DNA of 64,000 nucleotides from Vitrella brassicaformis CCMP3155 (lineage: Eukaryota; Protista; Chromerida), in NCBI GenBank assembly GCA_001179505.1, contig CDMY01000164.1:1-64000 (forward strand), written 5' to 3'. A program made the position numbers and the translations under genes. Below, in pieces: positions 49,124 through 60,860 of the stretch. The notes beneath the pieces are model-generated. The model made no database searches. It was not told the origin of the DNA and saw only the letters and a list, made by a program, of their open reading frames with translations. The first letter of the stretch is position 1; each line of letters begins with the position of its first letter.

Positions 49124-52100
49124 ATGACCCAGTTGCTCGTGTCTGCCAGCAGGACTGCAGATGACGAGTATGGCACTAGCAGTGCTGAGGAAATGCGTCG
49201 GCCCAACATCCCCTTCACGAGCAAAACACAGCCCAAGAGCGGCGGCAGGAAGGCGGCCAACGCCGGCAAGCCCCACCGGCTCGTTGATGCACTCGGGAGC
49301 GACCCCTGGACATCTGACAGCCAGCATGCGAGCCGCGCAGCCGAGAAAGAGAGCGTCCAGCAGCTGCTGATCGAGCAGGAACGACGTGAGATAGACGTCA
49401 CAGCCAAAAAGAAGGGCGACAGCAACACCCACACCAAGGCGCCTGAGCCTGCAGCACAGCAGAAAGGAGCCGCCAAGCCCAAGACCGAGACCCAGCCAAA
49501 GGGTGCCGCCAAGACGACGGCTGCAGGGGGGGTTGATGGCGACACGGCATGCAAGCTTCGGCAGCTCGTTGAGGCACTCAAGGGGAATGGTGGCCCTCGG
49601 GAGATCCTTGCCATCCAGCAGGCCCGTCAGCTGCTGAAGAAGGCGGAGGAGCCCGTGAAGAAGGCAGCCAGGGAGGCCGGCATGATCCCGGCGCTGGTCA
49701 AGTGCCTGGCGGCCTTGAGTCGTCGACCCGACCAGTGCTTGGCATCGTATCGCCTTCAAGTCGAGGTGCTGACGCAGGTGGGCGACCTCGTCGGGATTGG
49801 CACCCTCGTCGGAGGGCACCAGAAGCAAGTCGTGGACGCGGGTGGCATCCCCATCCTCGTCAAGCTGGTGTCCTCAAAGGACGGAGATCTACTGCTGGCG
49901 GCGGCATGGATGCTTGGTCTGGTGACCGGCAGCCGCTCTGAGCATCGCGACACTGTGCTGAAGGAGGGCGGCCTGTCGCCATTGCTGCAACGGATGGAAG
50001 ACCTTACCCCCGAGGCCGACCCCCTTGGGATGGTCCGTACTGCTGTTTTGGGCTTCGTTCGACACAACCAGCTCCCGCCCCTGCAGCTGATGGAGCCATC
50101 CCTGCCCCTGCTGGCACAGATGGTCAACGGCAGCAGCAGCGCCGCGACGCTCCATGTCGTATGCGCGATCGTCTTTGAGCTCAGCGAGGGAGGCAATGAC
50201 GACATCGACGCAGTCGTTCGGATGGGGGTCTGTCCGCGCCTGGTGGAACTCATGAAGTGGACCTGTCCAGGCGACCGCTTTGAGAGGGAGTGTCATGCGC
50301 TGGCAGTCATGACTGTCAGAAACGTCGCCGGGGGTGAGCTCAAGGCGGCGGGGTACGTGCCTTCCTTGCCTGTGGTCTGTATGCGCGCGTGCTTCTGTGT
50401 GTGTGCTTGCAGGTGCGAACCGGCACAGGGATGCCGTGTTGCAATGCGGTGCGCTCGCGCCCATGCCGCAGCTGCTGACGTCAGGCGTCACGTACGCGTA
50501 TCGTGTGATGGAGCCCGAAGACGCGATCAGCGAGTTTGCAATCCAGACCCTCGGCAACATCATGGCAGGTAGCCGTCGAGCATGGACTCACACAGGCAGA
50601 CAGACAGACAGACAGACAGACAACAGAGGGCTTATGGCCTCACTTGTATGTCTGTTCCCGCTGTCACCAGGCAACAGTAGCCACACACAGAAGGTCATCG
50701 ACGCGAATTTGATGCGGCCTCTTCTGAAAGCTCTGACCAGTGCTGGGCCAGCCGTGAAGAAAGAGACCGCGCGCGCTCTCGCCAACGCCACCGAACAGGT
50801 CAGCAGCAGCAACAGCAGACAAGGGGGCAGCGAACGGCAAGGAGTCATCCTCTGTCTCGCCTCTTGTTTCCGTGTGTGCAGGTCCGTCATTTGGGCAAGT
50901 GTGGGTTCGTCAAGTCGCTGTGCGATGTCCTGAAGACCACCGATGACGCCGACATAGTCAAGATGGTGCGTGGGGCCCTGCAGAAGAGCATGCCGCACAG
51001 CAGAGATGACATACGGGCCGCAGTCCACCAACGTGATATGCCGGATAAGGTAAACATCGAATGCACGGGATATTATCATCGTGTCGTGTAGCTGGCTCGT
51101 CGTGTTTTTATCGATTCAGGAGCGCCTCTTTCTGAAGAGCATCCCCAACAAGGCCAGCAAGGCACAGGACTTCACCAAGTCACCATCGTCGGCAGCCGAG
51201 TATGCCGAGGCTCAGCGCATCGCTGACGAGCTGATCGAGGAGGAGCGGCGGGCAAAATCGAAACAGACCAAGAAGAAGGGTGGGAAGGCCAGCAAAGGCA
51301 ACAAGGTGCAGGAGCCTGCAGCAGAGGATATCGATTCTTCTGGGCGCACCACTGCCGCATCCAACAAGTGAGCAAGAGGACAAGAGGCCTGCTGATTCTC
51401 CTGTATGTGCATTTCTGCCGTCGTGCGTGTGTTGTGTGTATGCAGCCGATCCTCCTTTACCATCTACTATGAGGAACTTCCGACACCGCCCTCTTCATCC
51501 AGTGCAGACACGTGGGCGAGCGACGCGTATTCACGTGCACCCATCAAGTCATTTCCCTCTTGTCTGCCTCGGTCCGCAGGATTTCGCTTGCCCTCGCCGC
51601 TGCCAGCGAGCAGCAGGATGGTCAGGCGGGTGTGTCGGCAGCTGGCCGAGTGGAGGAGAACGACAGCAACGGCGCCACCTGGGCCAAAAGATGGCGCCGA
51701 CGCAAGGACAAGAAGCGGCAGGGAGGCGAGGGGCCTCAGGATGCCGGCGAGCCATGTGATGCGACGCTGGGTGGGGGTCTGTCCATGGGCACTGAGGATG
51801 TGCGAGCCCGGGAGGAGATTGATGCGGTGCCAAGAAGGTGAGAGAACGATGGGCAGTGCACGATAAACATGTGGGTGTTTTTCTGATGCGGGAGTGAGGA
51901 GAAGGATTCTGACGATGTGCTGATGCCCATGCCGTCATCTTCGTCCAGTGCCCCTCCACCGGCCGCACAAAGGTCGGCCGACCAATGGTGCACACGCGTC
52001 ATGAATTCGTGCAGCTGAATTGTATCGCCTGGATGCACACATGTGTGCAGTTTGACTGTCGGCGATGAGGATCATGAGCTGCAGCTGGCGATTGCTGCAT

Positions 52101-53436
52101 CCCTGCACATGGCTGGCCATCCGTATGAGGCCACACGGACGAGCAGTGACAGCAACGATGAGGACGACTGGCTCAACTCGGCGTTCGCCCAAGGGGCGAA
52201 ACGAAGCCTGGTTGGCCAGAAGAACAATGGCCCTACTTCCAAGGCCACCCCGACGCCCCCTTTCCACCCGACCAAGGCATTCCATCCCAAGACTACCGTG
52301 ACGGGCCGCCCTGCAGCTGCACCCGTGATGGGCATCACCGGCGTAGCAGCGGCAAGAAACCGTCACCGATGCCCCATGCTCTCTTCCCGCCCATAGTCAA
52401 TGCCAACAGCACGACGCCGGCGTCGTCTGTGCGGCCGAAGGCGTCGATGCCGAGTGTGTCTTCTCAGCGTCATGGGCTTGACCTGTTCCCTCCCGCGCCC
52501 TCACCCCCACCCCCACCCCAACCTCTACCGCCATGTGGTGCACGTGACTCTTCTCTGGCTTGGCTCCCGCCGCGGCCGTAAGTCACCCATTGATGGCATA
52601 AACAGACAGTGGGTGGAACTGGGGCCTGGTTGTGTATGTGTCTTTGTTCAGCGAGGGCCGGCCTCCTCTGCCAGCGCCCCAACACCGCGGCCCGCCGCCA
52701 CTCGTCAGCCACCACATGTAAGACCGGCAGGCAGGCAGGAAATGGGCCCCAGTGCCATAATATGATTCATGCTTTGTTATGATGTGCTTGTTAGGTCGTC
52801 ACCCGGGTCCCTGCCATCGGCTGCGCCACGAAGCCCGGCATCCTACCAGCAGCCCATCTGGCCCACTGGCCCATCACCCTCCTACAGCCAGCTCAGCCAG
52901 CTGGAAGAAACGGTTGTCCGCAGCAGCCAGAGGGAGAGGTTGTTAGAGCTGGAGCTGGAACACACCAAGCGCAAGTGAGCCGACCATCCAATGCACAACA
53001 ACAGACCTATGTTTTGCATGATTCTCCCCGTATCTTTCGATTCAGGCTTGCTGAGAAAGAGGCTGTGCAGCAGCAGCAGCAGCAGCAGGACCAGCATTAT
53101 CCCTCCCACCACCCCGCGTCATCGAGCAGCTCATCGGCCCCTCCCCCTCCCGCAGATTGCGCTATCTGCATGGACGCGCCGGCGACCATCAAGATCATGC
53201 CGTGTCGCGAGATGAAGATATGTCCCCAGTGCTTCGACTTAGAAAAGGCGAGGTGGCAGGCGGAGGTGGCGCGAGTGCGGGCGAAGCGCACGAGGCTCAG
53301 GGAGGAGGGGGAGCCCCCTGATCCAAAGCTGGCTGACGACCCAAAGTTCCTGTGCCCGTTTTGTCGCAAAGAGATTGCATTTGCGGGCACGGAGAGGGAG
53401 GCAGCCAAGTGGTCTCTCCGCAATGTCACCGACTGA
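49124..53436 (+). CDS. Importin-alpha-like ARM repeats + coiled coil + UIM + C-terminal RING-like finger (putative E3 ligase); start uncertain
   Basis: ARM repeats (VVDAGGIPILVKLV, HRDTVLKEGGLSPLL, TLGNIMAGNSSHTQKVIDANL, KKETARALAN), UIM-like DEDHELQLAIAASL at 52064-52105, RING-like CAIC...PCRE..ICPQC...CPFC at 53158-53364. Confidence 0.75.
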
Positions 53437-54458
53437 CGTGTCATATTGATCACACGGTGCAGCGGATCAGATGCAGGGGAGCTAGGGAGGGAGGGAGAGA
53501 GAGGAGAGCGAGGGCTGTTTCAGTGGGGCCTTCAAAGGCCGGGGATGACATGGTGGGGGCGAGAGAAGCGTTTTTCGTCTTGTCGGTTTGCGTCGGTCTT
53601 GTGAGGATCTTAGTGTCAGCCAGAGATTTTCGTCTGCTGCATGTGCACACGCGCAGGCATGCATCCCCTGGGTGCACTGCCTTCCGAGCCATGGGTCCAT
53701 CCATCCATCCTTTCATCCATCCATGGATATATATTAAGATACCTTTATGTGGCTACCTACACACCGCTATACTATCCCTTGTTCATGTTCATGTCCTTGT
53801 GTGGGTGCACGAGTGTGTGCGCGTGTGCGTGCGGGTGTGGGTGGGGTCGTGTGCATTTAATAACTGTGGTTGTGGCAAGCAGAAGGCGTGTGAATTTGGT
53901 CGCTTAAATGGGACAACGGACACATGGGAAAAACGCTATGGGAGACCCTGGGCCCTGTCCCATTTATCCGACCCTCACAGTACATAGCAATCAGAACCAC
54001 ACATCCGTCCACGATCGCATCTCTCTTCACACATGGCGTATACTACTCGGAGGCCATGCGGTGACTGACCAATTCGACTGCCCCGTGGGTGCCTACACAC
54101 CGAAGACACATCCGTCCGTGTGGATGGACGGGCTCTTTGCCGATGCAGTCGTGTAGAGCTAGAGCGACCGAGAGAATGAATCGCTCGAAACAGAAATGCA
54201 CACATACCATACCTCCCTCCCTCTCTACTTAAAACATAGATCAGGCAGATAACTCCTGCATTCGACCACCCAAAGCTGCACTGTCTGTCTGCACAAAGGC
54301 AGCCCGGAACACACACGCCATACGTGAGTGCACCCACCATCTCATGCCAGCACAAATAGAAACTTAAAGCAGCACTTCCTTCTCGCACTACACGCACCCA
54401 TCCACCTACACTCATTCCCCCACTCTCCCTCTCTCTGACGTGACCGGCCGGCCGCCCG

Positions 54459-56326
54459 CTATGCGGCCACCGCCTTCTGCCGGATGAGTGCGGCTGTGCG
54501 AGGGTACCGCTCATCTGGGCGGCTCTTCCAAGCCACAGGGGGCTCTGTTGAGCAGATCTTCATGCCGAAGTCGATGCAAACAAGGAACCTATCAGCCGCC
54601 TTGTCCCCACACAGAATGAAGATCCCCGCATGGCGCAGCACATTTGCCTCGTCGACCCAGTAGACCGCTTTGCGGCAGCCGTTCCACTTGCCCCGTGAGT
54701 GCAGTATGATGTCTTCCGTGAGCCGGTACTGGGTGGGAGGTGGAGTGATGAGTTCACATGGGTGGGTGAAGTGGGGGCGCAACCGGGGGTCCATCCCGTT
54801 GTACGCACCGAGCAGGACGACGATGATATCCGTGAACGAAGAGGCTGCGTACTTGCCACCTGCAGACAGACAGCAGACGCGAAACAAACGATTCACACAC
54901 TCATTCATCTCTCTCTCCGCCATCCCTCTCATGTGTGTTTGCTCTCCCGGCTGCTCACATTTGGTCGGCGGGTCGGGATCAGTCAAATCGATGCTGACGT
55001 ACGTCAGCGCATTGGTGTCTGCTGAGCCGCCCAGATAGTCTCGGCCGTTGAGACAGATGACACTCACACGCCGGTTGCTAACGACCGAGAGGCGGTGGCC
55101 AAATAGCGAGTACTGACGGACCGCCTGTGGTCGCGAGCTGAACACCGCTCCGGCGCCCGCTTGCTGCAGGTCATATGCCGTGATGACGATGGGCAGAGAG
55201 GGAAGGACGTGGCTGCTGTTCTTGAGCAAGTGGATGAGCGACACACATCGGTTCCAACAGCCGCCCTCCTCGATGACGTACAGCACCCGCAGCAGATAGC
55301 CCACCCTGCCGTCGACTGGCACTAGCACATGCATCAGCTCACTCCAAATTAGAAGGCATACAATGACCAAGCACACCGGCGACAAGGTGCAGAGCAGCCA
55401 TCCGATGACCACGTCGATGAGTAGTGCGCGGCCGCTCAGCTGGTCGAGAGATATCTTCTCGCCCAGCTGTACTGAGAACTCCTCGGTCGGGGACCAGAGC
55501 CATGCGACGTAGCAGGCGGTGTAGATCAAAGAGATGCCAGCAGCGCCCCCCCACACTCGAGGCATACCTTGGCGATCGACAGTGCCACACGTAGCCCACT
55601 CCTGACTCGGTGCTCGATCACGGACCACAGACGGTGGGGTAGGTCGTAGAACGCCACCCAAAACTGTCTGTACGCTCGCACAATGAGGGACGCCTCCCCG
55701 AGCAATCGAATGACCACTGTGATCACGGCAAACGGGACCACGCAGACAAAAAGGACAGCAAGCAGCTTGATGCTCCACTGAATTCACGGTAATACACGCA
55801 GCGACCGCATCAGAAAGTCAAGGGGCTTCCAGATGACGACGCTGGAACAGGCGACGATGACCATATAAACCATCAAGAGAATGCCCAGACCCACAAACAC
55901 AACAACAGCTTGAACGAGGGTGGGAGCCACGCTGATGATGGCCGCGATCCACTGCAGCAGGACCAGCAGGACCGTCTCGCACCGCTTCTGGTAGGTCAGC
56001 ACTCCACTGAGGCCCTTATCGCGGATGGCAGCGTCGAGTCTGTCCGTCAGGTAGGCCCCGCTGACCAGCTGGCAGCCGACGCTCTTGGATGAGGCTCGGA
56101 GCTGGCCGCAGTCGTCGGCTGTGAGGGAGGCCAGCAGTTGCCTCTCCACATCCTCAGGCAAGCCCAGTAACCAACACCTGCTGGGGACCGACTGACACAC
56201 AAACACACACGCACACACACACAGACACACACACAAGGCCCAGGTGACGTACCCAATGGATTCATGTGTGGTCATCACGTTTGGGTGCTCACTCACCGTC
56301 GGTGCCGTCACTCCGCTACTCGGCAT
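54459..56326 (-). pseudogene. F-box-like + multi-transmembrane lineage-specific protein, interrupted by an in-frame TGA and a probable frameshift
   Basis: LLGLPEDVERQLLASLTADDCGQLRASSK (F-box-like), then hydrophobic segments. TGA at 55784-55786 lies within one continuous TM-like frame (LRVLP*IQWSIKLLAVLFVCVV). The frame changes at a G7 run near 55545-55552. Confidence 0.5.
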
Positions 56327-58367
56327 CAGATCCCGGCAGCTCTAGATCCTGGAGGACAAAGCACAGCCACAGAAGTACATCACGGACAGTGTGCGTGCTG
56401 TTTGTGTCGGTGTTCGTCGTGCCGCCATGGGCAACGTGTTGGGCACCGGCATCTGATCTGCCGCGATAGAGGAAGAGCCACAGGACAAATGTCATCGCAC
56501 TCCGTTGAATGACCACCTTCGAGAGCTGATGAGATCAGCCGCGTGCAGTGGTTGGTCCTATCAACGAAACCGCATGGGGTCCTTCTTTCCTCCCTGCCAA
56601 TGCGAGCTGCCGATCGCTATGTTCCCGAGAGAAGGAGAGAGAAGCGGACGTTTGTGTGGAAATCTAAGACGGCCAGCGGGCAGGGATGCGGGGGGAAGCG
56701 AGAAAACTTCATTCGATTCATCCCTTTCCACTCCTTGAGGTTGCGTCGCTCTCCAGGAGGCAGCCGTCATTTCAGCTGGCACGGTGGCCCACTGGCAGCA
56801 TGAACTGGCCACATGGACAGGTTGCTCGAGTTCTTCACTTGCCAAGTGTGTGCCAGGAGTGTGAAGCAGAAGAACACAGTCTTTTTTGATCTCTATTGGA
56901 GAGTGTGTCTGAGTGTCCAGGTGCAACGATGTGCTTTGACATCCATCCGTAACACGTTCTCACGAGAAACAGACTCCTTCTCAATCAAACAGACCCAAGA
57001 ATGCCCAGGAAGTGAATGAATGAATGAATCAATGAATGAACGAATGAATCAATAAATCCTTCACTTCTGAGATCTCTTTGCAATGGTGAATGGACGGCGT
57101 CTCATTTTCACTACTTACCTCAACGCATAGCAGCAAGAGCGAATGAGTGCCTGTCTCCCGTTAACGTTTAAAGTTTATATCACTGATTCACCACTTGCAG
57201 CCATCCATCCATTCAATCACCCAGCCGCCCACCCATCGATATCACTCACTCACTCACTCACTCACTTGGCGTCGGCCGCTGTGAGGAAGCTTAAGTGAGT
57301 GTAGGGCATGGAAGCATCGAGATTCCCGTACGGACAAGCAGCTGTACGAGAGCGACAAGACGCTGAGGGGCCACGGCATCCAGAAGAGGCCGGGGCAACT
57401 GACGGCCCGTTCACGAGTGAGACAATCCATGCACTGCGCTCCATTCTGTTACATCCTTCTCTTGAGGTTTGCCATGACACCGTGGGGTTTGTTTAATGGG
57501 TTCACGACCAAGAAATCTGCACGAAGGAAACAAATCTGCATCCGTTTCCTTTGTGGTGGACCCCAGCAAGCAGAGCAGCCAGTCGCGTGTCTGTAAGTGT
57601 TCAAGTGGCTGGCGTGTGGCAATGGGTAACGTGATCGATTGCCAGAGTCTGCGCGGGTGGGTGGACGCGCCCGGTGAGTTGTGGTGAGTGATGAATGATT
57701 CTGCCAGCAAAACATAATGCATACAATGGCCAGCAGCACGCAGCATTCAGTAAGTCAACGCATGTACAGGCGTAGAAACCCTAGCCATCAAGCCGTCCAT
57801 CAAGGCAGCAGGTCGACCATCACCTGCATCTAAGTGGGTGACTACATTACACGATGACATCTGTCCATCTGTCGATCTACCTGCTCGTTACCCGCTCCCG
57901 TCCCCTCTGCACCAACTTTTGTCATCCTGTCGCCCCATCCACCGAGCCGCATATCACATGCAGACATACGTCACACACACATCAGGGGCGGACAAGTAAG
58001 GAGCAGACAAGTCAGGCACCGACAGCCATCCACCCACACACACACACACACACACCAAAATCCCTGCCTCCGTCACCCCAGCTGCATTAAAACACCCGTT
58101 CGCCATTGAATGCAATGCGGCCAGCGGGTCAGTCATCACTGCATCGTTCACGAGACACCTGCCTAGCCTAGGTGGGTGAACACAGGAACACCGACGCCTC
58201 ACCATCTGCTTGTCTGCCTGCCTGCATTGCATCCACCGCCGTCCACACTGTCGAGCCTCGCTTGCAAAGATAACACAGTGCCGCGCGACAGGGAAGCACT
58301 CGAGTGAGTCAGACGGCGACAACCGTCCCATCCACACAAGCTTCACTTATCTGTCTCTGTGAACATC

Positions 58368-60860
58368 TCATGTCAGCTGCAACGACCTGAACGTCTCCCT
58401 GCCGTCCCGCCCCCTCTCGACCCACCCCACCGCCCCCCACTCGACGGAAGCCGCATCCTTGCTGAAGCCGTTGTCAATCTCCCCCGCCNNNNNNNNNNNN
58501 NNNNNNNNNNNNNNNNNNNNNNNNNNNNNNNNNNNNNNNNNNNNNNNNNNNNNNNNNNNNNNNNNNNNNNNNNNNNNNNNNNNNNNNNNNNNNNNNNNNN
58601 NNNNNNNNNNNNNNNNNNNNNNNNNNNNNNNNNNNNNNNNNNNNNNNNNNNNNNNNNNNNNNNNNNNNNNNNNNNNNNNNNNNNNNNNNNNNNNNNNNNN
58701 NNNNNNNNNNNNNNNNNNNNNNNNNNNNNNNNNNNNNNNNNNNNNNNNNNNNNNNNNNNNNNNNNNNNNNNNNNNNNNNNNNNNNNNNCCTGAAGCCGTT
58801 GTCAATCTCCCCCGCCAGCCCCCACTTGGCCGCCTCGTCCAGGATGGCCCGCTGCACCACCTCACGCAACTCCATCTTGCGGCCACCCACACCGCCCACC
58901 ACAAAGCACTGCAGCTGCGGCACACGCACCACCTGGCCGCCCACATCGGCCGTCCCGCCCACCACTTCCCTGTTGCTGCTGGCCTGGTACACCGCCGAAC
59001 GCACCAAGTGCTCCGCTGCCGCACACACCCGCCGGGCCATGTCGGTGTGCCGCACACCGATGGCCTCACTGATGGCCTCCTGGGCGGCATCCATGTCGGA
59101 GAGGTATGACGCGATGCGCCAGCCGAAGACGGGGGCCTCCTGCGGGCCGACGGCCAGCCGGGGGGTCAGGAGGGCCGCGAGTGAGCGGTGGGGGGCGAGG
59201 GCGCCGTTGACGGCCGACATGACGGCAGGGCCCACCTCGTTGAGCACTGTGGCATACTCGGTGAGCACCAGCTGGCGTCCACGGCGACGGTCCTCTGTGG
59301 CTGTGGGGATGAGATTGATGTCGACACCCGCCCGCAGCAGCGAATGGATGGTCAGCTTGTACTTGCCACTCCGGGCGCGATGCCGCCCCTTGTCGGCCTC
59401 GGGTGTGTCCGGGTCCTGAAGCTCTTGAGTGCGCCAATCGAGCTCCTCGGCAGCTATGGCGAGGGGCGTCTGAGTGTCCCGTCTGTTGATCTGGTCAGCG
59501 GGCAGCTTGCGGCAGAGGTAGTCGGCCACGTAGGGAGAGCCAGACTCTGCTGCGTAGTGCAGTGGCGTCCATCCAATGCCATCGGCTGCCGTCATGTCGG
59601 CCCCATTTGCCGTGATGAGGTCGAGGTAGCTGTCGATGAAGGACTGGGGGTAGTGCCCATTTGAGTTGATGGCTGCCTTGTGCACCAGGCTGCAGCCAGA
59701 CCCTTCTTCGGTGGGGAGGGTGGGGTCGTCTTGGATGAGTCGCTCATACATCGACATGAGCAGCCGCAGATGCTCGGGGGGAGGCGGACGCAGGGGACGG
59801 GGCAGCTCCATCACCGCTGCTCCGCGCACGTTGATGCCGTATCGAGCCATCAGCACGTCAAAGGCCGTTCGGTTGCCCAGTGCGATCGCCACCCACAACA
59901 AGGGCTTGCTGGCGGCGTTGATGTCGGCGCCTCCGTCGAGCAGTGCGGTCAGCACGGCCGCCTGCAGCTCGTCAGACGACCACTGGGGCAGGGCCACGAA
60001 GCGGCAAGCATCGTCTCCTGCTTCGAATTCCGCCGGGACGGTGTAGTCCGATTTGTTGTCGATGGTGATGGCGAGGAGCGGGTAGCCGAACCCACGATGC
60101 TTGCTGCCCTTCTTCCTTAGTCGAGGCTTGATATTGGGGTTGGCTCTCTGTTCGATGAGGTCGGTCACGTGCTGTGGGCTGGGGATGGTGCGGCCAATGA
60201 TGCCCAATGCCAGCGACTTGGTAACGTCGCTGGTGCCGTAAGGGAATCGAGCTTCCAGCTCATCGGCTCCCAAGAAGCCGTCTGGCACGTCGACTGAGGT
60301 GATGGGCACCACCGGGTGACCTGGTGGGGGACACACAGCCATCATACGACGCACACAGAGAACGAATGCATGTATGGGCCCGCACCCCCCTCCCTCCCTC
60401 TCATGTGCCTGTCCGTCTGGCGTACCATCGTCCTCATAGCCGTCGTCATAATCGTCGCTGTCTGAGTCACTGTCGTCGTCCCCCTCACCGTCATCGATCT
60501 CGTCGTCTTGGTCTTGGTCTTCGTCCAGCATCTCTCCGTCGTCACTGTCGTCCTGCATACCACCACCCTGACGCAGCGACACAGAGGCAACGGGAGAACA
60601 GCCAGGTGACGAGCGTCACATGGACGGACAGAGAGTCCATGAATTAATGCCTCACCGATTCGCTCCCATCGGCCATCACACCGCCCTCCTCATTGTCCTC
60701 ATCTGAGCACAATCAACCACAGGCACACACATCGACACAAATCAAGTGCTGCGGCGTTCGGTGCTGACCGTCAGGCTCATCGCCGCTCTGGAGTTGCTGC
60801 ACGGCGTCGACGTCCATCGGGGGCTCCGCGGCATTCTGCTGCTGCTTGTCGTGCGGCCAT
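58368..60860 (-). CDS. Ankyrin-repeat protein ANK-5 (4 exons; 3' end crosses a false gap)
   Basis: Same exon structure as ANK-3 (ATG at 60860). Open frame; sequence on both sides of the gap overlaps by 27 nt, restoring ...EIDNGFSKDAASVEWGAVGW...FRSLQLT*. Confidence 0.85.
58489..58788. other. Assembly gap (300 N) whose true size is probably negative
   Basis: ctgaagccgttgtcaatctcccccgcc occurs at both 58462-58488 and 58790-58816. Confidence 0.9.

Noticed and set aside
55784-55786. Selenocysteine recoding of the in-frame TGA
   Set aside because: No redox motif context, no SECIS recognised, and a nearby frameshift favours decay or mis-modelled splicing.
56900-58300. Possible gene or mobile element between the F-box/TM gene and ANK-5
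   Set aside because: Short ORFs with no recognisable motifs; part of it resembles the 3' flank of ANK-4 (cactcgagtgcttccctgtc), so it is best explained as duplicated ANK downstream sequence.
90-60860. Diversity-generating retroelement as the cause of ankyrin variability
   Set aside because: No reverse transcriptase ORF seen, and the differences include indels and changes at all bases rather than adenine-specific substitutions.
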